This document shows, one piece after another, positions 23,151 through 35,049 of a DNA stretch of 64,000 bases (position 1 is its first letter; each line of letters begins with the position of its first letter). The stretch comes from Camelus ferus (Eukaryota): positions 3,596,001-3,660,000 of the forward strand of contig NC_045720.1 in assembly GCF_009834535.1 (NCBI RefSeq). The letters run 5' to 3'. The notes under the pieces were generated by a model, which made no database searches, had not been told where the DNA came from, and worked only from the letters and a program-made list of their open reading frames with translations. The position numbers and the translations under genes are program-made.

Positions 23151-26100
23151 TAGAACTGTTACACTAAATATTCCACAAATGAATTCCATTTTCAAATAAG
23201 TCAATGTCAACGACTTACTTTTTAGAAACTGAAGAATTCCTCAGCGCTTCTCATGGTCTACTGGATATTATAAGTCACCAAGAGGAGTCAGTACTGAGCC
23301 TCATATATCAAATGTATCTGATCGTTTTTCCAAGGAACACTTTGAAGGACTAATGTTCTTGGAACACCCTTTGGGAAATACTGAGAAATCCCTCTGTAGG
23401 CACTAAAATCAGTATTTGCTCTTAGCATTATTTTCAGAATTATTACTGTTGTTTTATTACTTATTTACCAGTTGAAATCCTACAGGGGGACTGAGTCTGA
23501 ACAGTCCTGAGATCATGTTTCAAAATTCACAATTTTCCAAACAGAATTTCATGCTGGCTTCAGTCAGGCCCATCTCCTGTGAATTTCGCTAGGTTTAACA
23601 TGTACAAATTGAAAGCAGACAAGTCCCTTCTCTCCTCGCTAATTAGGATGATGGATTGTGGAGAAGGGATCCCTCCATGTCACAGCGGAGGTGATGCCTT
23701 GTACTTTAATTAACCATACAGGGATTTGAGTGATGTGGGAAGGCGGGGAGGGGGGGACCAGTCTCCAAATGTGCACAGACAGACTCACACCCCAAACATA
23801 CCAAGGCTTCAGGGACTGGGTGACAAAGGGAGGCAAGGATGCAAACAGCACTTAGCACTTTCAGTGGCCTCTTTCCAGGAGGTGAGGTAGAGAAATAAGA
23901 GGAAATGGCAGGCTCACAGCACTCCACGGCACCAGACTTTCCCCAAGTCCTCCGGGCTGGTGTTCCTATTCCTCGGACACTGTCAATTCCCAATGGTCAC
24001 TTAAGTCACGAGTGATCTTCCATGATCCACATGCACATCCTTGTATCCAGTGAGTCCTCTTTGATTTTTAGCCTGTACCACACCCCCGGGTTTCATGGAA
24101 GCATGGAATCCTAGAAACAAGCCCTAGACTGGGGACCCACCGCGGGGTTCTCATCCAGGGCCTGCCGCTAACGTGCACAGGGCGTTTGTGAAGGTCCCTC
24201 CCCGCACACCGTCCCCTTCCTGGGAGCTGGGCTGCTTCTCCGTGGGAGTGCTTGGGCTGTGGCTGGCCCAGACTGGTTTATCTCAAGTCAACAAACCTTT
24301 GATCACCACCTGCTGGATTCTGGGCCCTGGGATATGTGGAGAAGCCCAAAGCCACTTCTGATCTCAGTGATCAGTCTAGTTGGGTAGGTAAACCTGGGCA
24401 CATAAATATAATATATATCATATATAAGTAACTCAAGAGGGGCTGGGTGGTCAGAAAAGGTCTCACAGAAGAAATTACACCTAAGCAGGGTTCAGAGGAT
24501 CACAGGAGTTTGTCGGACGGGTTTGATGGAAGGAAAGGCTTTTTGGATGGAGGAAAGAGCAACTGCACAGTCACTGAGAAACGAAAAAGCGTGATTTACG
24601 TAAAGAACTGAAATTGATCCTGTATTGTTGGGACAATACGCATGTGTGTGTGTTACAGGGATGTTGGGGCTGGGTGACCTGATTTATATTTTGAGGCTAG
24701 TATGTCCCCTAAGTTCTCTAAGTTTTTGATCAGAGTTGGTTCCATTTACTTGGAGGAGGATGTTGGTGGGGAACAGGCTTAAAGGTGCTCTAGAATCAAG
24801 AGTTACTTTGACGTAAATCAGAAAACTCCACAAATTAATTGCTTTCTTTCAAAGCTCGACTGACCATCACAGAAACCCGGCAGAGACTTATTTTCAGCAA
24901 AAACCTCCCATACTTTGAAGCCCACGGGTTCTCCTGTAACAGCAGATGGCATAAGTTTGGGGTTTGCCTTAAATTCTGCCTCCTCTTTGCTTGACAATTT
25001 TGGAAAGAAAAAAAAAGAAACAAAGTTCCCTCACTGTGCTGAGCAAGCAGAGGGCAGGAAGAAGGGATGTCTGGGGAAGGGAGGATTTAGCTGTATTTTC
25101 AAGTGTGGAGACATTGAGGCCAGTAGATCAGGAAGCTGACTTCGTTTTCACAAGGTGGGAGGTGCTGGCTTTACCCCGAAGCCAGGACGTTCTGTTCACC
25201 TGCCTCCAACTTGGCGCGGCACAGGGGTGCTTCCAAAATGCAGACCCGTGGCTCTTGTCCCAGGCTTCCTCTCGCCTAAGCAGTGGCAAGTCCTGACTTT
25301 GAAGCCAGGTCTCCTCCGATCTGAACCCTGACTCCCTTCCCAGCCTCACCCCCTTCTCACCACTGACTTCTCCTTGTTTCCCCAAATGCAGAAGCACTTT
25401 GCTCGCAAGGACCCTGTTCTTCGTTCCCTCTGCCAAGCATGTCATGACCCCAACCCCGTCCCCTGCAACCCCCTACCTGGCCGCCCAACCACTGCCAAGT
25501 TTGAAGTGAGCCATGGTTTCCCCGGACAGATCATGGACAAGCGGTCATGGGGGTTGGAGGCCCTTCCTTCCCTTCCCCGGAGCGCCCTGCCGAGCTCTCC
25601 CCTTCTTCCACCACCTGCGTGTGAATGTTTACCCGCCTTTCTCCCCCGCCGCTGCCAGCCTGCGCTTCGCTGGGGGCTCCACTTGCCGAGAGGACTCTCA
25701 CACTGCCTGAACGTTGTTTTCCAGATGTCCCCATGGAAGCTCAGAGAAGTCGGACTGGCCTGCCGTCACTCGGCTAAGAAGGGGCAGAGGCCGGATTTGC
25801 ACCCTGACGTCTCCTCTGAGAGGGATGGTCTTGGTGCTCCACTCAGATCCCTTCCCTGGAGGGTGCACCGGCCCCCACCTGCCCTGAGCCGGGCCTGCCG
25901 AGGGCCCCCAGTGTGCCCCCTGCTCCTGACATTTGTCCTTGAGGGGGAGAGCATGTCCCCTCCCCAGGGGACAGCCTGCAGCCAATGGCTGGCTGATAAG
26001 CAACGCACATGGCCGGCCCCCCTGCCTAAGGGGGGGGGCACCTCTGCAGAGACGCCCCCCCCCCCCGCCGTGGTCAGGCTCAGCCCTTTTCCCTCCTCTG

Positions 26101-29100
26101 TCCTGTGTCCCTTACTCCCTTTCAGTTTTCTCCTGTGTTGCTCCCTCAACATGTCATGTGATTCCATGTCCCTGTCTCGGGCTCTGCTTTTAGGGACCCT
26201 GACCTAGGACAGAATCTCTATTCCACATGCCGCGTCCAGAACGCTCTGCTTTCAGTCCCTCTCTGTCCTGCTCTGTGCCCTGCGATGCTGGGTGACAGTA
26301 GTGAAAGATGTCACTAGGAGTCCCGGCCTCTTGGCTTGCAGGTGGTATGGCCGATGGCTGGCTACTGGTGAGGGGGCAGAGGAGAGAGAATCCGTGTACC
26401 TGCTCCTCTGCTCCTGCCCTCCTTGCCTCCCCAGCTACGATCCTGCCTGCACCCACCTCTGCCAGGCTTCAGCTTTGAACCCAGCTCTTACCATCGAGCC
26501 CTCCCTTTCCCTCCTTCTTTCAGGGTGGCAATGTTTCCACCCACCCACTGCTGCTGGCCCCATGACTCAGCATCCTTTGTTAGGGTCCTTTCTGCAAAAG
26601 TCTCTTCCTTCAGCGTCTCTTCCACCTTCCAGCTGAGGGGGCATCTGTTTCCAGCCAGACCCCCTACCTGCTTCAGCTTTCACCTGACAGGTTGACTCAA
26701 ATTGATTGCTAATGGCTGCCTGGTCCTAGCCCAGCAGGGAAGAGTGCTGCAATCTGCTGGTGATGCCTGTCCGTGTGCAGCTCGGGAGTGGTGAGATGAG
26801 TGCCATGTGTTGGCCATCCCTGAAGTAGACAATCAGTCCCCAAGGTTCCTTCCAGCTCAGACTTCTAGGACCCTGCATGGACAGAGATGCACTTCCCTGA
26901 CAAGAGCGAGAGCAATCTGAAAAATGCCGGGGTTAATCACTCTGGCCAACAGACTGACAGCTTTTTCAAATAAACCAGGGACCTTATCTTTTCCTGTGTG
27001 GCTGGCAGCCGACGGACTTCTGCGGGTGCCGCTGACACTAGCAGACACCAGGGGGCGGCCTTCCACAGGCTGTTGGATGCCAGGTAGCAGGAGCCCAGGT
27101 GGCTTGCTGACTGTAGGCCCTTCAGTCACAGGGGGGGCTGATGTGGACCCGAGGGCTTGAACGGACTTGCTCAAGGCCACAGGAAGGGGTGCGCCGTCGT
27201 CACAAGAGCATGGCATCAGAGCCAGAAACTTTTTTTCGAATCTGACCTCTACCCCAAGTCTCTGTAACCTTGGTAAATTCACGTTTCCCTTTAGCATATT
27301 TTTTGACCAGTTGACCAGTTACTGTGGGCCAGATTTGGTGGTACATCCTGAGAGCTCCCTCAGAATAACTCTACAGCCCTAAGACTCTGGAGGCAGGCGG
27401 GAGGCCCTAAAGAAAAGTCACATGGACTCATGTGTGATTCCTGAAAAGGGTTTAAATGATGAAGGTGATGAATGCGGAGTGGGGTGGACTTCAGTTTCGG
27501 CTACAGAAGACCTGAGCGTAAGAGGGCAGGAGCTGGTGGGTTACCAGTCCGGGTTCTGGGAACAGTAGACACCAGGACACTGGGGCAGGAAGAGAAGGGA
27601 CTGGAAACCAGGCTGGAGCGCCCAGACTCTGATGGTGAATGAGGCAGGCAGGGACAGGACCAGGCAGGGGCCGATGAGGCCGAAAGCACACAACTGGGGT
27701 TTACCAGCCACGTCCAGCAAAGTGCTCCCCTGGAGCTGGGGGCTGGACACGCGGGAGGGAGGTGAAGTGCAGAGCTGGGGGAGGCTCCAGATGGAGCAAT
27801 GGGGGTCCTCACCTGCACGTGTCCCTGGGGTCTGGGTGGGGATGCGCTTGTCAGCTGTCAAGGGCAGAGGGCGCGGCTGCTTTATTCCCGTTGCGGTGAG
27901 CTACCATCATGCACGTCCTGAGTTACAGCGCGCGCTCTGCTGCCGAGGCCCAGGCCAGCCTCCCGGAGCCCCGCGTCCAGGGCGCCTGCAATCCAGAAAG
28001 GAAGTGGTTGCCCTGCCTGTCGCCCTCCCAACCCCACTCCATCGTGTGACTTCCCGCCTGCCTCTCTGGCCACACCCTTCCGTCCTCACCCCGCCCCCAG
28101 ACGGTGGCTTCAAAACTCCCCCTCAGGGTCTCTGACCCACTCGTCTCCTCAGGACCCTCTAGGGGTCCCTCGGCCCTGGATGCTGAACATGGTTAATGAC
28201 ACACTGTGGAGACTGAAGTCACTTAGCAGGGACTGGGGTGCCAAAGCCACCCAGGTCCATCCAATCACACTCCATCCTCATCAGCCATTCACTTCTCCCC
28301 ACCTGGCACCTCCAGGCTCTGGGGTCGCCTCTGGAAGGCTCCCTGCCCTGTTCTTTACCCCTGGGCTTCTAGTCACCTTTCAAAGCTCATCAAATTGATC
28401 TTCTCTGAATCCTCAGGATGTTGGCTTGGTCCCCCTCAGTCCTCCCAGGGCCCCCGTTACCACGTCCAGTAGAACACACGTAAGGCTGTTTCTCTCCTAC
28501 GCCGTCAGCTCCCTGAAGGCCAGAGGTGGCTTAGTCCCCCGACAGAGCCCAGCCTGGGGCTCCGGCTTAGCAGGGAGTCAGCAGAAGTTCAATCAGAATA
28601 TAAATATGTGAGTCAGCGGAGACACAACTGTACTGCAAGTCGATGGGACATGTCTCCTAAAAATGCATATTTTTGGCAAGTAGCCACCCCCTGCCCACCC
28701 CCGCCGGAGTGCAGCCGACAGACAAATAAGTCCCCCACACCCCTCGAAGATCCTCTCATCCTGCAAAGAAAATAACAAAGAGGTAAAGGTATCATTTTGT
28801 CCTTAGCAATCTGTTCCTTTATGAGCCCGCCATGGAGAATAACCCCAGATTCCAATTAGCAGCTGGGGCCCGGGCACTGAAGGCTGGTCTGCTCCCTGCC
28901 TTTGTGAGCAAACCAGCCGGTAATAAATCCCCAATTAGCAGGAAGGGAAATTGATTGAACCTTTTTTTCTCTTCCTCCACTTTTGTGTGCTGCTCCCTGT
29001 AAACAGGCCATGCGGCTGGCATTCAAGAAGAAAGAAAATTGAATTTAAGTCATTTTAAGCTCGCCGTGATTAATGCCATGCCAGGTAAGGCACACAAAGG

Positions 29101-29185
29101 AACATTAAAAGATTACAAAAATAATTCTCCTCTTAACCCAGCAAATGCTGTCTCCCTGCATGCACATGTGTATGGCATGTCAGTC

Positions 29186-29578
29186 TGTATCCTAGCCTGG
29201 GCTGCCGTGACAAGAACACCTCAGGCGAGGCGGCTTAAACAACAAACGTTTGTTTTTCACAGCTCTGAAGTGTGGGAAGTCTGAGGTCGAGGTGCTGGCG
29301 GCTGTGCTGTCTGCTGAGGCCTCGCTTCCCGGCTTGCAGACAGCCGCCTTCTCACCGTGTGCTCGTGTGGCCTTTCCTCGGTGTGCGCTCCTGGAGAGAG
29401 AGCTCTCTTCCTCTCCTTACAAGGGCACTAACCCCATCTTGGGGACCCATCCTCATGACCTCATCTGACTCGACCTACCTACCAAATACCCAGACTCCAC
29501 CTCCAAATGCCATCCATCAAATCAGGGCTAAGGTATCAACATAGAATGCTGGAGGGACACGCACATTTGGCCCGTCAC
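29186..29578 (-). mobile_element. MLT1A/B-type MaLR solo LTR
   Basis: tgtatcctagcctgggctgccgtgacaag...ggcttaaacaacaaacg...ggcttgcagacagccgccttctc...cctcatgacctcat...ggagggacacgcacatttggcccgtcac follows the antisense MLT1A/B consensus. Confidence 0.85.
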
Positions 29579-30549
29579 CATCGCTTTACATTAGACAGAT
29601 AGGAGAACGTGAACCTTACAGGCAGATGGCACCACACCATCTCCACACACGTATGTGTGGATCCACATACCAGGTGCCCAGGTGGCACATGTAACACCGG
29701 CGGGTGTGTCCTATCCTTGCAGACCACAGCATGTGGGAGGGACCTGCAGTTACGGGGCCTAAACGTCACAGTCGAAAGTCAGGCTGGCCTGTCTTCAGGA
29801 TCACAAGGAGAGCGACTCTGTGACCCGGGAGGCTGAGTGAGGATGCTTGCTTTAATTTTTTTTTAAACACAGACTTCTCCAACAGATTTATGTTTTCTTT
29901 AAAGCAATGGACTTTGAAGAGAGTAAACATGGGGCAGAGAGGCATGGAAGGGAAAATGAACACAAAGGCAAGCTGCTTTGCTAATTGCTTTCTAACCAAA
30001 ACAAATCAGTGCAGAGGATGCCCTGTACAAGACAATGCAATAAAGGTTCAGAGGTGCTCCCTTCGGCAAAGTCTGTCCTTGTTTTTAAAATGGGAATGCC
30101 AGTCACAGGTTTGCTAGGATTCATGAGATGCTGCAGTGAAACGTTAGCGCAGAACTGACACACGCTAAACACGCGCACAGAGACCTGCACACTTTAAAGA
30201 CATGTTTACACCTTGCGTACAAGGTGTGTGTGTTAGTCTCTGTGTGTGCCTGTGTATATATGTATATTCTGTTTCAGAACAAATTTTTTAACAGTTTTCC
30301 CCCCAGATATGACCCATCTAGCTATGATTCAAAGTTAAGTTTGGGATGTGGCATTGAATCTGGACCCATCCTGTGTCTTTAAACAGCTCTGCAAGATACG
30401 CAGTCTCCCGGAGTTCCAGTCTCCTCCTCTGTAAGACTGGGGGTGGGGGGACGTTAGAGACCTGCCTCAGAGAGCGTCTGTGGGGACAAAAGGAGATGAC
30501 GTTAGTTTATTGGTTCGGCCCTCCTTCTCCCCAGAGAGGAGAACGTAAG

Positions 30550-31400
30550 GAGAGACGTGACGGAGTTCCACCGCGAGAAGACCACGCCGTGGGCTTGGAA
30601 GCGCGCCCGCCCGGCAGCCTGCTGAGCGCCGAGCCGCCGGCACCTGCCGGTGCAGCGGTGACGGTGACAGGGATCAGCGGTTATGCTTCTTTACGCCAAG
30701 AAGTGGCTGAGAGGAAGGGGAGGACGAGGCCGCCACCGCTACCTGCCGGTTCTTTAAGCTGCCCGGCGCTCGGTGTCCCTTCTCCACAACACAGGGGAGA
30801 AGGAAGAGTGCCCTGCAGGTGGCAGGGGCGTCGTTCCGGCCCCGTCTCTCTCCTGGGTCCTTGCAGCAGCCGCCTTGCGGGGCCCGGCTGTCCTCCTGCT
30901 CAGCGCCCGGCTTCCCCCGGCGGCCGGCACTAGTTGCCTGAAGTGTAAGTCTGCTCTCACGTGACTGTTCACGCCTGTCTCAGCGCAGAGGACGATGTTC
31001 TCTCCGCGAGCTGCCCCTCCCCTCGCCGCTTCTCTCTCCTTGTCTCCCGCTGTCCGTCCTGTCCTCGCCCACCGGCCTCCTTCCTGTTCCCGAGCTCACC
31101 GCCTCCCCGTGCGTGGCCCTGTCCCCTCCGCCTGCTGTGTCCTCCCCCTGAAGCAAGCCCCTCTCTCAGATCCTCAGAGCTGGTGGTCTCTCCCCTCTCA
31201 GCGCTTTCTCAGGTGTGGGGAATGCGGGTCATAGGTCACGCTCCCCAGGAAAAGACGTTGGGAAGGAGGTGTCCAGGCAGGAGGGTGACCAGAGGCCGCT
31301 GTCAGGAACAGCACCTCTAAGAGCGTGCGGAAAGGTGACCTCTGCAGAGCGAGGTGCTCACCGCCGTGTGCGTGCGGCAGAGGCTCACCCGGCCCCGTGA
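30550..31400. promoter_or_regulatory. CpG island / probable gene promoter
   Basis: About 40 CpG by hand count in 30541-30961. GC-rich, repeat-free core with GC boxes, a TATA-like ctttaag near 30752 and E-box TCACGTGAC at 30957-30965. Confidence 0.8.
30785..30944 (+). other. Probable non-coding first exon of an unidentified gene (TSS approximate)
   Basis: No ATG in the interval; ends at AAGT|GTAAGT (30945-30950) inside the CpG island. The TSS is inferred only from the TATA-like element about 30 nt upstream. Confidence 0.5.
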
Positions 31401-32317
31401 GGAGATGGGCACCCAGGACGGGCCCTCCAACGAGAGGCATGGGGGCCAAGGGCTTAGCGCCCCAGGACCTGCCCCTTACTGGATGGGGGCTGCAGTCGGG
31501 GAGGTCGTGTGCCTTGGGGGAGGCAGCCCTCTCCAGGCGAGGAGGCGCACGTGTTCCACGTGCCCTGTGATGGAGGTTTGGGCCGAGGGCCCCCATCAGG
31601 ATGTGTCTGTTTCCATCACGACGCTCCCGCCCACTTCTGGGGAGGAAGGGCTCCGGTGTAATTTTACTTCACACCGCGTGGATGGTCGCTCTCTCTAAGA
31701 AATGGTGCGCCATGACAGGCTCGGGGCTGACCTTGGCTGTCGACAGAATGGACATCTGTGGTGGCAGAACCCTTGCTGAGCAGAACCCATGCGGTTGGCC
31801 CCAGTCATAGCGTTGGTCCCTGCCACCATGGTTATATTTATGGGAAATTCAGGCCATACAGTCCACTGATGCCCTGTGATGGAGGTGGGGTCCTCCTTCT
31901 CTGCCAGGACCGAGTGGTACCCTGGCAGCTGTTTAGTGACACTACCTTGCTCCACATGCATAGGGTCTCCCTCATGAGCCTCCTTGGTTGGACTTGCCAT
32001 AAACCTCACACAGCATCTTTCCCCAGCACGGATACTTCCAGGACCTTGCGGGCGGTGGGTTTACAGGACCCGAGTGACAGTGCCTGGCACTGCAGCCTGG
32101 ACCTGCCACAGAACCCTTTCCTGGTCTGGTCCCACATAGAGCTGGCCGCCCCTGTGTCCCAGAGTAAGCAGGTTGGAACAGCATTCCAAGAGTAGGCTAT
32201 GGACTTCCTCCAGAGGCCAGTGAGGACGACTAGACGTCATGATTCCTTCCCAGTGGGGGAGGGGATGCAGTAACGGCATTTTCTTTGGGGACAAAAGTCC
32301 CAGACTGTCTGAGGCCA

Positions 32318-32661
32318 TTAGATCTGTTAATCCTGAACACCTAATGTATCCCTCCATACTCCTTCTTTCCTCTTTGGTGACCATAAGTTTGTTTTCTATG
32401 TCTGTGAGTCTCTTCCTGTTCTGTAAGTAAGTCCATTTGTATCACTTTTTTAGATTCCACACATAAGTGCCATCATGTGCTATTTGTTTTTCTCTGTCTG
32501 ACTGACTTCACTTAGTATGATCATCTCTGGGTCCATCCATGTTGCTGCAAATGGCATTATTTCATCCTTTTTCATGGCTGAGTAGTATTCTGTTGTGTAT
32601 ATGCACCTCATCTTCTTTACTCAATCCTCTGTTGACGGACATTTAGGCTGCCTCCGTGTCT
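32318..32661 (-). mobile_element. Cetartiodactyl-type L1 3'-region fragment lacking its terminal tail
   Basis: ctgttaatcctgaacacctaatgtatccctcc...gtctgtgagtctcttcctgttctgtaagtaagt...catccatgttgctgcaaatggcattatttc...ggacatttaggctgcctccgtgtct. Confidence 0.9.
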
Positions 32662-32739
32662 GTAGCAAATCCAGGTGACAGTGCACGTGTGGGTCTAATT
32701 GTAGACACTCCCTTCTTTTCCATTTGTATATTTAATTTT

Positions 32740-32905
32740 CCTTGTGCCAATATCACGCTGTCTTTACTGCTAGAGATTTAAAATGTCTTGAAATAATGGA
32801 GAATAAGTCCTTCAAATTTTCAAGTCTGTCTCGGTTTATTTTAGGGCCTTTGCATTTTCACACAAATTGTGATTTGATGGGTATTGCCTGGAATCCTCTT
32901 GGTCC
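32740..32905 (-). mobile_element. Old L1M ORF2 fragment
   Basis: ttgtgccaatatcacgctgtctttactgc...ttttagggcctttgcattttcacac...tgatgggtattgcctggaatc, antisense L1 ORF2 pattern. Confidence 0.6.
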
Positions 32906-32994
32906 GTCTGGGGGCTGACAGCACTGAGGCTGCCAACTCAGCTCTCTTCACAGCTGCACTACCACCCCCCCTAAGGCTATAGTAGGGGGGAATA

Positions 32995-33066
32995 GCAACA
33001 AGCGCTGAATTAGACACCTGCACCCCAACGTCCACAGCAGCACTGTTCACAATAGCCAGGACATGG
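32995..33066 (+). mobile_element. Short L1 fragment, opposite orientation to 32318-32661
   Basis: gacacctgcaccccaacgtccacagcagcactgttcacaatagccaggacatgg encodes the L1 ORF2 C-terminal CTPxFxAALFTIAKTW segment. Confidence 0.85.
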
Positions 33067-35049
33067 TGGTGAAGGGCTGCCCCCCGCCCCAGCTGTGTCA
33101 GGGGCCCTGTCATCACTGCTGTGATCAGTGAGCCTCTCCTTCCATCAGGCCAGGCTTAGAGAGGAGGGCCGCCTCTGACATTCTTCAGTACGCTGGTGAC
33201 TCTATCGCATCCTTTATGGCTCTAGTAATTGCTGTGTCCTCTGGGTCTGCCCTCGGAAGATTAGGACCTGGTGAGTCCTCTGTCCATGTACAGTGTATCC
33301 GTCCCAGCATACGCCCCTTTCCTGAGCCCTTGAACCCTCCCCTCCACTGTCAGCCACGGCCATTCTGACGTTTCAGCCCACTCAGTGTGGCTCATCATTC
33401 CCTCTGGGCTTCTGAGAGTCATCCTCGCTGGAATGTGCTGTGACTTGGCCCTAATCATAGGCCCAGTGGCCAGTCAGGGAGATGGGGATAGTTCTTGAGG
33501 GCAAATGTGTAGCCTTAGAAGCAGGGGTCTCCACATGGATGTCCATGGGGTGAGGGTGCTATGTCGTGATAGGGAGGGGTGCCGAGCCTGCAGCCTCGCA
33601 AGACCCCGAGCAGTTTGGGAAGTCTGACCTTTGAGGGGCATCCCTGGGCAGGGTCCCAGTTCTTGCCAATGGCCTGGGAAGTGCAGCCACTCTGATGAAG
33701 AACCTGTACCTAGTCTCAGCTTTCTGTGCCCTCCAGCTACAGGAGATGAGAACATCTTCAGCTTACAGAAGAGCGTCCTGGCATCCGGACCTGGCTCTTG
33801 GCTGTCTCTTCCTGCTCCCAGCCAGTGATTCGTCTGCAGGACAACAGTGCTGCCCGGCAGCTGCCAACCTACGTCGTCATCCTCATGGCTGCTCACAGTC
33901 ACAAGTGACTGGAGTGGGAAAAGGTCAGACTGCAGGGAGGACCTGGCAGGGTCTCGGCTGCCTTGGCGGGGAGCTCCCAAGGGGGCCTTGCCCTGCCGCT
34001 GCCTTGCTCCGTGTCTGGGGTGGACTGTCCCTGGAAGGGCATGGCCTTGGACACGGTGGCTCTCTGTAGCTGAGCTGGACCCCGGAGGGGCTGAGAGCTG
34101 GAGGCTGCCTGCTGACCCCGCTCCGCGGTGCTGGACTCTGGGCAGCAGGTCCACCCCTGAAGGGGTCTGATGGTGGAGTCCCCTGTTTCCACAATGATAT
34201 ACACCATCGGGGTACCTGGAGTCTAGAGCACAAGGCGCCCGTGGCCTGGGGGTCGGTGGGCAGGCTTGAGTCTCACTGATGTTCTCTTAGGCGGAGACTG
34301 GAGGTGATGCTGTGTTTGCAGGGAGGGAGGGAAGACTGGTTGCAAGCTCTCCCTTCTGCCCTCCCGGCTGTGCACTATGGAGGGAAGGGAGGACAGTCTG
34401 AGGCACCCAGGGCAGACAGAAATCTGGGGCCCTGCAGAAAATTCTCTCTCCTTCCTCCTTCCCTTCCTCGAAAGGAACCAACGAGAAGCTCAGAGCCGAA
34501 GGGGATGAGAGTCTGCAGGATCAAGGGCCCCAGAGAGGGTGAAACATCACAGAAGACAGCGTCTCGTCCCAGGCCGCCTGCCGTGGGGCCTGCGGCTGCA
34601 CGTCCGCCCTGGGCCCCAGGAAGATGACAGAGCTCTTTAGGGAGAGGGTGGATGTGAATGATGCCGCATCTTCATGCAGGCGGCAGCATGGGGCATACTT
34701 AGCCAGCACCTGAGCACTCTTCAGCCCTCAGGCCTGAGCACGGAGGCGCCGGCCAGCGGTGAGCACGCGGCTCCGGGTCCCTGGGCGGCCAGTCCGGAGC
34801 TGCTGTCTGGAATCCGGCTTGAAAACTTTCTTGGCAGCATGTCAGCATCAGGGAAGCGGCCAGCTCCGCCCATCAAACTGGATGCGCGCAGTGGCCAGGG
34901 GCGCAGATGCGGCGGGCACAGCGCCGGGGCGTTGGAGCAAAGCTGCCGCGGCGCAGGGAGAGCCCTGGGCGCACGCGGAGAGCCCTCCGCAAGCGCTGGG
35001 CTGCAGGTGCCGTCGACCCCATTTCAGGTGAACACTGCCCAGGTTATTG

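Noticed and set aside
25374-26207. Longest ORF in the track (277 aa)
   Set aside because: Pro/Arg/Ser/Leu-rich composition typical of chance ORFs in GC-rich DNA; overlapping ORFs in several frames, no domain, no splice context.
30373-31320. 186-aa and 119-aa ORFs over the CpG island
   Set aside because: CpG islands routinely give long spurious ORFs; the peptides are low-complexity and the listed starts are non-ATG or in poor context.
33189-33276. Possible 82-nt exon ending CTG|GTGAGT
   Set aside because: Short polypyrimidine tract; site pairs of this quality occur by chance many times in 64 kb.
33474-34233. Stack of long overlapping ORFs (up to 226 aa) on both strands
   Set aside because: Low stop-codon frequency in GC-rich sequence; no recognisable motif.
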